From NCBI GenBank assembly GCA_000002435.2, contig CM018790.1: a stretch of 64,000 nt of DNA; one strand, 5' to 3'. The stretch comes from Giardia intestinalis. Its lineage: Eukaryota. Shown piece by piece: positions 30,328 through 39,520 of this stretch (within the stretch, counting starts at the first letter, position 1; each line of letters opens with the position of its first letter). Below the pieces are notes generated by a model. The model was not told where the DNA came from. It saw only the letters and a program-made list of their open reading frames with translations, and searched no databases. Position numbers and translations under genes: made by a program.

Positions 30328-31002
30328 ATGGCTCTACCAACCTTATTCTCAGCAAATTCGTCAACCATCCTAGGTCGTATTGAGCGTTACCTTAAACATG
30401 CGTGCTGGAAGTGTGGAACCAAGCAGCCCGTGACTATTCTCTGTAGCGGCTGTGGAGCTCTTCAGCCCATCTCTCGGCCAACCAACTACTTCAAGCTTAT
30501 GGGCATTTCAGAGACATATGACATAGATCTGAAGAAGCTCAAACAGCGATACAATATGCTGCAGGCAAGAATACACCCAGATGTTATTGGCAAAGAGGTT
30601 AGGACACCTAACGCGCCGCCAGGGCTCCTCCAACTGGCTGAGAGCCTGTCATCGGAGGTGAACCATGCACATGACGTTCTCAAAGATGACATGCGGCGAG
30701 CGGAGTACCTGGCGTCTCTGTACAATGTCTCAGCGTCGGCGGCCTCCCCGGCCCTCTTGATTGACCAGATGGTTCTCCGAGACCAGATAGCCTCTTTCCA
30801 TCATAAGAAAAATGCTAAGAAACTATCTGAAATGCGCCACGCGCTGACCAAACGCTTTTCTGATTGCTCGGAGCTCTTCGGAAAGGCGCTAGCAGAAAAA
30901 GATTCGAACCAAATGGCGAGTTTACTATGTGAAATGAGATTCCTGACATCTACCTTAGATGAACTCAAGGGCCGTATGAACACCTTGGACATAGAAGAAT
31001 AG
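30328..31002 (+). CDS. hscB: Fe-S cluster co-chaperone HscB/Jac1/HSC20, the mitosomal ISC J-protein, 224 aa.
   Basis: The N-terminal tetracysteine zinc-finger CWKCGTKQPVTILCSGCGALQP is typical of eukaryotic HSC20. The J-domain has an HPD motif (YFKLMGISETYDIDLKKLKQRYNMLQARIHPDV), and a C-terminal helical HscB domain follows. The real ATG is at 30328, because the track start at 30313 is TTG. Confidence 0.75.
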   Translation: MALPTLFSANSSTILGRIERYLKHACWKCGTKQPVTILCSGCGALQPISRPTNYFKLMGISETYDIDLKKLKQRYNMLQARIHPDVIGKEVRTPNAPPGLLQLAESLSSEVNHAHDVLKDDMRRAEYLASLYNVSASAASPALLIDQMVLRDQIASFHHKKNAKKLSEMRHALTKRFSDCSELFGKALAEKDSNQMASLLCEMRFLTSTLDELKGRMNTLDIEE

Positions 31003-31026
31003 GCAGCATGCGATCTATCTAGCAAT

Positions 31027-34000
31027 TCAAGAAAGGGACCTAATCTTCTCTCGTTGGGCCGCAGTCAGGCGTGATTCATTAAGTGACGAGAGCGTAGTCT
31101 TAGGAACACGCGCCTTGGCCACTCCAATGACTAGTATATCAACTAACGCGTCCATAGCATATGCCTTGATAGACAGCTCGGAGGCTATCTGCACTAGCGT
31201 TTTACAGACAGCAATCCAGTTCTCCTTTTCCTTTAGTAGAGTATCCAGAATCCCCTTCTCTGCAGCAGTACACATGTTCTTGATAGCTGCTATTGACAAT
31301 TCAATGCACTGAATGTTCCCCTGGGTTTGCACATACTCTATCAGAGTAGCCAAGAACCCAAAGATCATAGGGCATCCCGTCCTTCCTACACCAGCAATCG
31401 TGACTTCGTTGCTCAACAATGTCTTGAGGAGGATGATGTAGGAATGTGCGAGAGTTAACACAATGGTGCACTTACTAACCATAATAGTCTTAAAGAGAGC
31501 AGAGTTCTTCGCCAGATATTGACATATGTTCTCAGAATCCTGCTCATCTGAGCACGACTCAGCAAATACAGTAACAATTTCCACAGGACGAATTATCTGG
31601 CCTGTGATTTTCTCGCTGTCCAACGAAATATCTATGGAAGTTCCTTGCTCCTGCCCTGCTTTCATCAGTTCTGTGAAAAAGCTCTTTATGGCCATGTCTA
31701 CCTTATTAATGTACACCCACAGGTGCTCATACACAAGGTCCTTGTCAGCCAGCGCGATGTACGGAGTTAGGGGGAGGAGTATAAAGAAGAGCCCCGGGTA
31801 GGGGCCACTTTTGTACAGGTCAATCAAAAGGTGCAGCATGGCAGCGCTCTCTAGCAGAACGTTGGAGAACTCTAGTGGAAAGCTTCCAAAGAATATTGTG
31901 AATACCCTTCCAAACAGCTGCAGCAGGTCGGGTTCATTGTTGTATGAAAAGGCTATCTCTTTAAAGCGGTTCATCAGGGGCTTCAGTGCTTGAATGTGAT
32001 AATTGCTTGAGGCCTCATTGAAAGGTTGTTGTGCTGAGGCGTCTTGTCCATCGTCAGCAGCCCCACTTTTGAGCTTAGCAGTATCGACACCGTCACCGTT
32101 AGATTCATCTGAGCTGCTGTCCTGCGGAAGCTTCAGATAGACTGTGTGGCCATCTGGTGGCTGAAGGGTGACAAGGTCGACTTTATTTCTATGAACGTTT
32201 AGAGGAGAAAAGGGATTGGAGAAAAGGATGCTGCTCTGTGTGCGCTTTGCAAATACTCGGAGCATGGCGACAAGCTGCTTCGGATCCGTTATATTGAGCT
32301 TTGATAGCAAAAGAATGTCTGCTCCTTCTAGTAGCTTCGCCAAGCCAAAGTCTTGGTAGTGTATAAGGACTGTCAGCAGTTGGCTGAGAAGAGATCTTTC
32401 GATTGAGATATTATTTATTTGGTACAGCTTCTTGAACAGGACAGTCACAGTATCACACACGTGCTGGAACGTCGTGCGTTGTAACGGCGCAACAAAGAGG
32501 CAGCGTGCGGAGGCCTGTGTTATCGTTGTATCCAGCTTTGTTTTCCCGAGTCTGTCATCTCCCGATGTGATTGCAATTCCCCCTGTTGCAGTGCCTTTTA
32601 TGTCTGCAAGAAGAAAGTCTATCTCCTCTATGGCTCCTTCCAGTACTGTCACCCAATAATAGGTTCGAATGCACGTGGAGGTGTCGCCGGAATTAAAGTC
32701 CAGCTCTCCCACTTTCAGCCCATTTAGTATCCTCCACAGCACAAAGTCAGGGAGTTTCTCTGCCTGTCTTAGTGCTGCCGTTTTGGAAACATAAGCATCC
32801 CGAAGAGCCTTCATGGCAAGGGTAATGTTCCGCTTGGAGTAGTTGCGATATAGTATGTCAAAATGCTTTAAGTGCATAGCTCGTGGGGAAAGCATGAAGT
32901 TCGTGGTTGGATTAAAGTCGGGGCCGATTTCATACGACATGTTTAGATATGCTACTACACTGTTAAGGTATCTCCACAAATCTTCGCTAATGTCGTTAAA
33001 TGAATCTATTAGCGACGTTGTCAAGCACAGACTATAGCTAAGTATACCATCTATCAGCACATTAACGGCATTAGCTTTATACACATCAGGAGGTAGTGTC
33101 ACATGTGTTGCCTCTCCAGACAGAGTGCAAGTCTTTTTCAATGCATCAACGTTCACGTCAGTGTCACATCCTGAGACTAGGATAAGATATTTTTGAACTA
33201 GCGCACACAAGCTAGTTACCATGACAATAAAGTTGTCTTTGGGCTCCTTCAAGTAAGGCTTCAACTTCTGAGACACTAAATCGTTGAATGAGTTCAGGTC
33301 TGGGCTTGCTACATTGCACGTAGAACAAAATATGCCACCTAACACGAATAGCAATTGGTGTAGAAGAACCATCATCCCCACGTGGATGAAATATCTGGAA
33401 TCGCCTTCATAGGTGCAAAGATACTTACACCGTGACGCATCTTTAGACGCGCAGACGTACGCGGAAGGAGGAGATGAGGAATAGAGCTCCTTGAAGAGAC
33501 TGTCAAAAGAGTCCAGAAGCTCTATGATACAGTTTCTGAAGTTGGTGCAGAATTCTGTTAGAGATCCAGCAGGAATGTCATCACATTTTAGGAATTCTGA
33601 TGTTGTTACTTTATTATGTAATCTTTCAGATGAGGACATTATCTTTCGAAGGGGGGCAGACGCTGGAAAGGTTTGTAGTAGGTCTGTTACAATAGAGCAG
33701 AACATTTTGAATTCAGACCAATTGACAGCAAGATTTACCTGTTCTGCTGCCCGCGCCTCCTCGTCTCTCCTGGCCTGTTCTGCTGCCCGCGCCTCCTCGT
33801 CTCTCCTGGCCTGTTCTGCTGCCCGTGCCTCCTCGTCTCTCCTGGCCTGTTCTGCTGCCCGTGCCTCCTCGTCTCTCCTGGCCTGTTCTGCTGCCCGTGC
33901 CTCCTCGTCTCTCCTGGCCTGTTCTGCTGCCCGTGCCTCCTCGTCTCTCCTGGCCTGTTCTGCTGCCCGCGCCTCCTCGTCTCTCCTGGCCTGTTCTGCT

Positions 34001-35442
34001 GCCCGTGCCTCCTCGTCTCTCCTGGCCTGTTCTGCTGCCCGTGCCTCCTCGTCTCTCCTGGCCTGTTCTGCTGCCCGTGCCTCCTCGTCTCTCCTGGCCT
34101 GTTCTGCTGCCCGTGCCTCCTCGTCTCTCCTGGCCTGTTCTGCTGCCCGCGCCTCCTCGTCTCTCCTGGCCTGTTCTGCTGCCCGCGCCTCCTCGTCTCT
34201 CCTGGCCTGTTCTGCTGCCCGTGCCTTCTTATCAGTATCTGCTTTAGCAGCAACACGCAGTGACCTCAAAGATTTAGCAGACAGCGCCCTGTCTCGATTG
34301 AATAATATTGGCTCATACATTTTTGCCTTTTGTGAAACCGTTATGCGCTTTGTTCTGATGAGTTTCTTAGTCATATCCCTTGCTCCAACCACGTATGCCA
34401 AGTCGTTACAGAAGTGGAAGAGCTCCGAGAATACTATTATGGTAGCTTCGGGATTATGAAATATGTCGTCATCGACCAGCAAAAGATCGTGAAACGGACA
34501 CTTAAAGGATGCAGTGAACACTAAAAAGTCGAGCAAACCATAGTCGTGCTTTTTCGAAAATGTCACTCTAAAAAAGCTATCGATGTTCCCCTTGGTCGCC
34601 AGGAAATAATCCTTTAGAGTAGGGTAAGGCTCCAAATTGATTGGGACGTTACCTTCATTGTTCATTAGTTTATACATACCGAATATGCAGTTGCCGAGGT
34701 CCCTGAGCTCATTGCCATCGAAGTCAAAGCCAGTATAATGCTGTGGTCCTGCTCTAGATAGGTTATTGAGTTTGGTATAAAGATAGTTCATCCAGCTGAT
34801 TAGTATGAGCGTTGCATGGTTGCGAATGGAAGAAAAATGCAATCTATGAGGATTTTGAGAATAAGATGCTGCGGACTTAGCTCTTCCTGCTGCTCTAGAA
34901 CACAGGTAGGAGCTACATAGATCCCCAGGTGCAAGGCTTACCGAAGTGAAGTCATCAAAAGTGTGTGTTTTTGCAAAAGCACTAAAACCAGCGTCCTCAA
35001 TGCAAGCAGAGCAAAATGGAACTGGAGTAAGAGTCTCCTGCTCGAGTCCTCTGACCATTGCGGTAGCCGTCAGGGTTGCTATAGTAATAAGTGCATCATA
35101 CAACTCTTGAGATCGATTATTGTGCAACAAAAGCCCGGCTATATCCGGGGAAATCCCTATGTCCCTCACAACTCCCGACGCTATGAAGAGAACGGACATC
35201 TGGTCTATCCCACTTGAAAGCGCGCTCTTGAGAGACCGAACAGATTTAAGGGAGAGTAATTTTAGCCGTGTAGCGCAAGCGAGGACCAGATAGCCGAGAC
35301 TCGTCCCTGCGGATAGCCGATGAACAAAGTCGGCACCGTCATCGCTAAATGGTTCGACAGGCAGCCTTTCAGCGGCAAGTACTCGATTGGCGTATCGCGC
35401 CAGAAAGCCTAGTGAGGGCCTCTGGAACCGTGGACGGTCCAT
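31027..35442 (-). CDS. Large hypothetical protein, 1471 aa, possibly alpha-solenoid, with an internal perfect 12-aa tandem repeat (RRDEEARAAEQA)n.
   Basis: It is one clean ATG-initiated ORF (MDRPRFQRPSLGFLARYANR...). It is helical/leucine-rich throughout. Between 33741 and 34228 about 14 copies of a 36-bp unit encode EARAAEQARRDE. Confidence 0.6.
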   Translation of the reverse strand: MDRPRFQRPSLGFLARYANRVLAAERLPVEPFSDDGADFVHRLSAGTSLGYLVLACATRLKLLSLKSVRSLKSALSSGIDQMSVLFIASGVVRDIGISPDIAGLLLHNNRSQELYDALITIATLTATAMVRGLEQETLTPVPFCSACIEDAGFSAFAKTHTFDDFTSVSLAPGDLCSSYLCSRAAGRAKSAASYSQNPHRLHFSSIRNHATLILISWMNYLYTKLNNLSRAGPQHYTGFDFDGNELRDLGNCIFGMYKLMNNEGNVPINLEPYPTLKDYFLATKGNIDSFFRVTFSKKHDYGLLDFLVFTASFKCPFHDLLLVDDDIFHNPEATIIVFSELFHFCNDLAYVVGARDMTKKLIRTKRITVSQKAKMYEPILFNRDRALSAKSLRSLRVAAKADTDKKARAAEQARRDEEARAAEQARRDEEARAAEQARRDEEARAAEQARRDEEARAAEQARRDEEARAAEQARRDEEARAAEQARRDEEARAAEQARRDEEARAAEQARRDEEARAAEQARRDEEARAAEQARRDEEARAAEQARRDEEARAAEQARRDEEARAAEQVNLAVNWSEFKMFCSIVTDLLQTFPASAPLRKIMSSSERLHNKVTTSEFLKCDDIPAGSLTEFCTNFRNCIIELLDSFDSLFKELYSSSPPSAYVCASKDASRCKYLCTYEGDSRYFIHVGMMVLLHQLLFVLGGIFCSTCNVASPDLNSFNDLVSQKLKPYLKEPKDNFIVMVTSLCALVQKYLILVSGCDTDVNVDALKKTCTLSGEATHVTLPPDVYKANAVNVLIDGILSYSLCLTTSLIDSFNDISEDLWRYLNSVVAYLNMSYEIGPDFNPTTNFMLSPRAMHLKHFDILYRNYSKRNITLAMKALRDAYVSKTAALRQAEKLPDFVLWRILNGLKVGELDFNSGDTSTCIRTYYWVTVLEGAIEEIDFLLADIKGTATGGIAITSGDDRLGKTKLDTTITQASARCLFVAPLQRTTFQHVCDTVTVLFKKLYQINNISIERSLLSQLLTVLIHYQDFGLAKLLEGADILLLSKLNITDPKQLVAMLRVFAKRTQSSILFSNPFSPLNVHRNKVDLVTLQPPDGHTVYLKLPQDSSSDESNGDGVDTAKLKSGAADDGQDASAQQPFNEASSNYHIQALKPLMNRFKEIAFSYNNEPDLLQLFGRVFTIFFGSFPLEFSNVLLESAAMLHLLIDLYKSGPYPGLFFILLPLTPYIALADKDLVYEHLWVYINKVDMAIKSFFTELMKAGQEQGTSIDISLDSEKITGQIIRPVEIVTVFAESCSDEQDSENICQYLAKNSALFKTIMVSKCTIVLTLAHSYIILLKTLLSNEVTIAGVGRTGCPMIFGFLATLIEYVQTQGNIQCIELSIAAIKNMCTAAEKGILDTLLKEKENWIAVCKTLVQIASELSIKAYAMDALVDILVIGVAKARVPKTTLSSLNESRLTAAQREKIRSLS
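33741..34228. repeat. 36-bp coding minisatellite of about 13.5 copies. Copies differ only at one synonymous C/T site.
   Basis: On the plus strand the unit gttctgctgcccg(c/t)gcctcctcgtctctcctggcct repeats head-to-tail. It produces long artefactual ORFs in three frames (33491..34459+, 33825..34247+, 33735..34256-). Confidence 0.9.
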
Positions 35443-35520
35443 AGTTTTTTAATTTACTTCACCATACGTTTTTAGAGTCAAACTTCAACGAAATGCTTTT
35501 TGGAAAATGTACTAGATTGC

Positions 35521-36438
35521 TTAGTCCTCTACGCTACATATACTTCCCTGAGCGCTCCCCCTGTTGCTTAAGACGTCGTTCCGTTGGTCCAGAAGGGAGT
35601 GGTAATATGTCCCGGGCCACTGGGCGTCTATGATCTCAAGGACAGTCAACCCATATGCATTTTCTATGTGAGTAGATGCATTGAGCTCCCTTACTAGATA
35701 TGTGAAGCATTGGACGCTCCCCTTCTCATCATGTAGACAGTAATGCAAAGGAGTCTGCTTACCCCGCTCCTGTGAGGACTGCATGCTGATGTTCATACCT
35801 GCAGAGAAAAGAAGCCTAAGCATGTCGACCCTGTCAAAGGAACAGACGACGTGTATAGAGGACATTCCATATGTCCCCTGGTCCGATAGGCAATTGAAGA
35901 GAGTTGTGTAGGTCTTGGGAGCCGAGTCTAAAAAGATACTGCGCTGTTCTGGAGTTAATCTAGGGGATTGTTGGGGAGATAGATGCTTTGGTGACTTTGA
36001 AGAGTGGACGGATCCCGACCCCGAGAGAGCCATCCCGGGATCATCTGAAAAGATTGAAATGAGATACTCAAGGCACACTGTACCGTTAAAGATGATGTCT
36101 CCAAAACATGCCAAAACTGCTGTAGGGATCCCAGCAGCAAAAAAATTCCTAAACTTAGGGTTCGTGGCTACAGTGAGAATGGCGAACATGATTCGTTGAT
36201 CCAATATCTTTGTGAAAGTAAACGTAGCGGACGTTTCACCTGTCGAAACCGTAACAAGGTGTGCCTCTCCGTTTTGCGTGTGTTCAAGGGACGTTATGCT
36301 CGAGAGGCGAAACACTGGTCCAGAGTGAATCTTGAGCTGATCAAGTGTCAAAACAACGTCTTTGGTTTCATTTTTCTTTTTCCGCGGGCAGAGAATAGGA
36401 AGCTTTGCCTTGAAAATAAGACTCTGATCGGATTTCAT
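35521..36438 (-). CDS. PH-like N-terminal domain plus C-terminal ankyrin-repeat protein, 305 aa.
   Basis: The ATG is at 36436-36438. The N-terminus has a beta-rich PH/GRAM-like pattern (LTLDQLKIHSGPVFRLSSITSLEHTQNGEAHLVTVSTGETSATFTF). The C-terminus has ankyrin repeats (GMSSIHVVCSFDRVDMLRLLFSAGMNI and TPLHYCLHDEKGSVQCFTYLVRELNASTHIENAYGLTVLEII). Confidence 0.55.
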   Translation of the reverse strand: MKSDQSLIFKAKLPILCPRKKKNETKDVVLTLDQLKIHSGPVFRLSSITSLEHTQNGEAHLVTVSTGETSATFTFTKILDQRIMFAILTVATNPKFRNFFAAGIPTAVLACFGDIIFNGTVCLEYLISIFSDDPGMALSGSGSVHSSKSPKHLSPQQSPRLTPEQRSIFLDSAPKTYTTLFNCLSDQGTYGMSSIHVVCSFDRVDMLRLLFSAGMNISMQSSQERGKQTPLHYCLHDEKGSVQCFTYLVRELNASTHIENAYGLTVLEIIDAQWPGTYYHSLLDQRNDVLSNRGSAQGSICSVED

Positions 36439-36471
36439 TACGATGGCACCTAAAATTTATTTTTCCCGATT

Positions 36472-37866
36472 ATGGAAACTTGCACGCTGGAAAACTTAAA
36501 GAACTACGAAGAAATCCTTGCGGAGAACGCCGATAAGTACCAGGCCCTTATAAACAAGGCCAAACAAGAGTTTTCAAATCTCTTGCCACGGTTTAGTGAA
36601 ATATTGAATCTTAAAGAAACCATACGAGCCCAAGCTTCAGAAGTCGAGCGGTTGAATATTGAGAATAATGTACTGCTGACAAAGCTGACAGCTGCGTCTC
36701 TAGAGCGCAACGAGGCAATTTATACAGCACAACAAGCCCAACTGCAGGTCGCTGCATTCCAGAACAAGAATGAGAAACTCTTGGAAATTGTTCACTTGCT
36801 CAGAAATAATGGGGGAAATATGGAAGATCTTTTCGTAGCCTCTTTTGAGTTACCCCACAACGGATCTAAAAAGGGAGCAATCGGGATGCTTGGTCGCATG
36901 GAGATGATAAAAGAAGATAGGATGTTGAGCCGCCCTAACAGTGCTATCAGATGCACAAATTGCAGAGCATCTGCAACGCCTCGGGACACGCACTCTGGAA
37001 GAGAGGATGAGTGGATAGCAGCTGTTAGCGGTACTAACTCTGGATTGCCTGAGGACTTACGTCACGCACCGTACGAGGCACGAATATCATCATTAGAGGC
37101 GGAGCGCGACGGCATTCTCGATCTCTACACAGCCCGGATCTCTGAACTTCAGGGCTCGCTTGAGCGGGTGCGCGCAACCCTATCCGAGCGTGCAGAGAAA
37201 GCGGAGAATGAGCTTGATGCCACATCGAAGGAGCTTGTGCGCAATCTTCGACGTGCAGGGGATTTGGAGGCCCGCGTCCTTCACTTGGAAAGCAATCTAG
37301 CCACGCTTGCTGCCAAGGGCACACTTACCGCCAACCGTGTGCGTGAGGAGGCAGAGCAGGCCATTCGAGACGCAAGAAGAGAGCTCAAAGTCTTTGAACT
37401 AAACAAGCAGAAAGAAATAAAGACCGTTGAAAAGAAAGCAAAGCAGACCATTTCGTTCGACAACAGCAAGCTCAAGGAACGGATTGCAGAGTTAGAGACT
37501 ATAAATGCCGAGTTATCTAATAAGGTAATATTGACAGAGGACAGACTTCATCGCTGCGAGAAAAAGCTGAGAGAGATCACTACAGAGAACGCCCTTGTGC
37601 GCGAGTCTCTTCGCAACCTCCATTCCTCGGGTTTGCCAAGCCTGGCGCTGACAGGAATCACGAAGAGCTCCGGGACACAGAGCTCGCTAAAGCAGGAGTC
37701 CACCACAAATGCACCATCCATCGATTTACTTAGTATCTGCAGTGGGGGAGATGATTGGGTGACCATGTACGAAGCATACAATGATAACAGTAGTAGTGTG
37801 AGTGCGGCCGGTTTCCAGAACATTTCCAGGCGGGACCCAAAAAGGAAGTCAACCACGGATGGGTAG
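36472..37866 (+). CDS. Coiled-coil protein, 464 aa, hypothetical.
   Basis: It is ATG-initiated. Heptad-rich stretches are present (EILNLKETIRAQASEVERLNIENNVLLTKLTAASLERNE... and LERVRATLSERAEKAENELDATSKELVRNLRRAGDLEARVLHLESNLATLAAKG). The C-terminus is Ser-rich. Confidence 0.5.
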   Translation: METCTLENLKNYEEILAENADKYQALINKAKQEFSNLLPRFSEILNLKETIRAQASEVERLNIENNVLLTKLTAASLERNEAIYTAQQAQLQVAAFQNKNEKLLEIVHLLRNNGGNMEDLFVASFELPHNGSKKGAIGMLGRMEMIKEDRMLSRPNSAIRCTNCRASATPRDTHSGREDEWIAAVSGTNSGLPEDLRHAPYEARISSLEAERDGILDLYTARISELQGSLERVRATLSERAEKAENELDATSKELVRNLRRAGDLEARVLHLESNLATLAAKGTLTANRVREEAEQAIRDARRELKVFELNKQKEIKTVEKKAKQTISFDNSKLKERIAELETINAELSNKVILTEDRLHRCEKKLREITTENALVRESLRNLHSSGLPSLALTGITKSSGTQSSLKQESTTNAPSIDLLSICSGGDDWVTMYEAYNDNSSSVSAAGFQNISRRDPKRKSTTDG

Positions 37867-37872
37867 ACTGTA

Positions 37873-38358
37873 TCATTCCAGTTGGAGGGTGGTGTGATCT
37901 GCTCCGCATGCGCTGCACGTAAAAGTCCTGCTATCACTTGCATATTGCTTTGCAGCGATCTTGTCCACGTTCTTAATAAGCCCTATGCCACCCTCTGCTT
38001 CATCGCTGAATAGGCTCGTAAATCCCACAATGATGTCGGTGAACGTAATAATGGGAGACCAGCTTTCTGGATGGAAAGATGTGTAAGAAAAGCAAATGTT
38101 TCTATTTGTTTCGAACCGGCCGCTGGGGGTGATCATCTGGATGTTGGGTGGCTTCGTGGGATGTGCCATATCCAGGAGAATTCGGCCGTGGTAGATACCA
38201 TTATCATAAATAGTGTCCTTTGGCCCCGCGACTGAGAAATGCAACTCTAGAAGGTCGTTGTTCTTAAGCATGAACAAGCGCACCCCAGGGGTTGTCTTCC
38301 TGAGCTCCTTTAGTATGTGGCGTTGGATTATTTGTGGATGCTGTGGACGTACGCTCAT
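37873..38358 (-). CDS. Ubiquitin-conjugating enzyme E2 of the Ubc6/UBE2J type, 161 aa, without a C-terminal membrane anchor.
   Basis: A UBC fold is present: ...HFSVAGPKDTIYDNGIYHGRILLDMAHPTKPPNIQMITPSGRFETNRNICFSYTSFHPESWSPIITFTDIIVGFTSLF. This closely parallels Ubc6 ([65 protein letters not shown]). The catalytic Cys is in NICFS, and the HPxxWxP motif is present. Confidence 0.8.
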   Translation of the reverse strand: MSVRPQHPQIIQRHILKELRKTTPGVRLFMLKNNDLLELHFSVAGPKDTIYDNGIYHGRILLDMAHPTKPPNIQMITPSGRFETNRNICFSYTSFHPESWSPIITFTDIIVGFTSLFSDEAEGGIGLIKNVDKIAAKQYASDSRTFTCSACGADHTTLQLE

Positions 38359-38373
38359 TTTGAATTAGTTTTA

Positions 38374-39507
38374 ATGTCGGTCAGAGCACTTTCAGACGGA
38401 GTGCAAGAATTGCTGAGCTCACCACTTCTCACAGAAAGGCGTGTTGCTGAGCTTCTGGATCCCATTCTACGCAAGCGCCCCTCCTTGGTCCTTCTTGTAT
38501 TTTCTCTTCTTATCCGTAGACTGTTGCTACCAGATATTGGGCCAGATGCCCACAACATCGCACTTTTATACAGCTTCTGTCTTGACCGCACACACGTTGG
38601 GACTTTTGAAGGGCTTTCGCTGGCTCTAGAAACTCACGCAACACTCTTGCTCCAATGTGTGATCGTGGAGGGCAACTTGCGCTTTGAAGATCAGCCTCAT
38701 TCTGTGTGTGCACTAGTGCGACATAAGGGAGCTCTCTCGATAATATTCAAAACTCTGGCACTCACCCCCTGGCTCTCCAAAGAGGATGTCGCTGCTTTAG
38801 TTCAGGCGCCAATTATTCAGCGCCTCCGTGCCAGCGAGCAATATTCTCGCCGGCAGGAGCACTTTACAAAACAGACCAACTTTGTAACAGCGTCTAAGCT
38901 TATCGTCAATATCACACGGCAGAAGTACCCTTTGTTACACAGCAGATACTCCGCGATCCTTTATTCGATTGTGCAAAACTATGATACCCTTTTTAACTCC
39001 ATTGAATCTGCTGATAATGCTCCTCTGTTTCGGGAGTACTTGCACGCCTTACAAGCAGAAAGATCCAGTGCTGCCGGGAATTTTGCTCAGCTAGGCCCCT
39101 ACTTTAAGTGGCGACATTATCGAGACCAGATATTAGCTGCTGCTGCCAGAGAACGCTCACAGGATCAGCCGACTGTCATCAAAACTGTAATGATCAATAT
39201 ACGTGGGTTTGCCGAACACTCAAGAGCACGTAGCTCCAATTTTACTCTAACATACAATGCATTCCTGCGAGAGATGCTAAGGATAACCTCTAATACTATC
39301 CCTTTGGAAAATGAACTAAAGAAACAGGAAGAGATCATAGAAACCCTTTTGTCCAACAACATACGTGCCGCAGCCATAGCTCTTCCAACTAACACCCTTA
39401 AACAGTGCCATGATATGCTGATATTGGCGGGCCTAATACGGCAAGATGTTTTAAACTGCTCTGGAACGACGCTCTTTCTCTTGGGGGTGTCCTATGGTAC
39501 AGACTAA
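38374..39507 (+). CDS. Hypothetical protein of about 377 aa.
   Basis: The track ORF starts at a GTG at 38317 and overlaps the E2 gene. The likely ATG is at 38374 (MSVRALSDGVQELL...), directly after an AT-rich tract (tttgaattagttttaATG). The product looks helical, and I recognised no domain. Confidence 0.45.
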   Translation: MSVRALSDGVQELLSSPLLTERRVAELLDPILRKRPSLVLLVFSLLIRRLLLPDIGPDAHNIALLYSFCLDRTHVGTFEGLSLALETHATLLLQCVIVEGNLRFEDQPHSVCALVRHKGALSIIFKTLALTPWLSKEDVAALVQAPIIQRLRASEQYSRRQEHFTKQTNFVTASKLIVNITRQKYPLLHSRYSAILYSIVQNYDTLFNSIESADNAPLFREYLHALQAERSSAAGNFAQLGPYFKWRHYRDQILAAAARERSQDQPTVIKTVMINIRGFAEHSRARSSNFTLTYNAFLREMLRITSNTIPLENELKKQEEIIETLLSNNIRAAAIALPTNTLKQCHDMLILAGLIRQDVLNCSGTTLFLLGVSYGTD

Positions 39508-39520
39508 AAGACTAGAGGTT

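Noticed and set aside
33491-34459. 322-aa plus-strand ORF, plus 33825..34247 (+) and 33735..34256 (-)
   Set aside because: They are artefacts of the 36-bp tandem repeat, which is open in several frames. The real gene is the 1471-aa minus-strand ORF that spans it.
30313-38319. Track ORF starts at 30313, 30364, 38317 and 51087 (the last lies outside this span)
   Set aside because: These begin with TTG or GTG when read from the sequence, because the ORF track uses alternative start codons. For a eukaryote the first in-frame ATGs were used instead, at 30328, 30307, 38374 and 51105.
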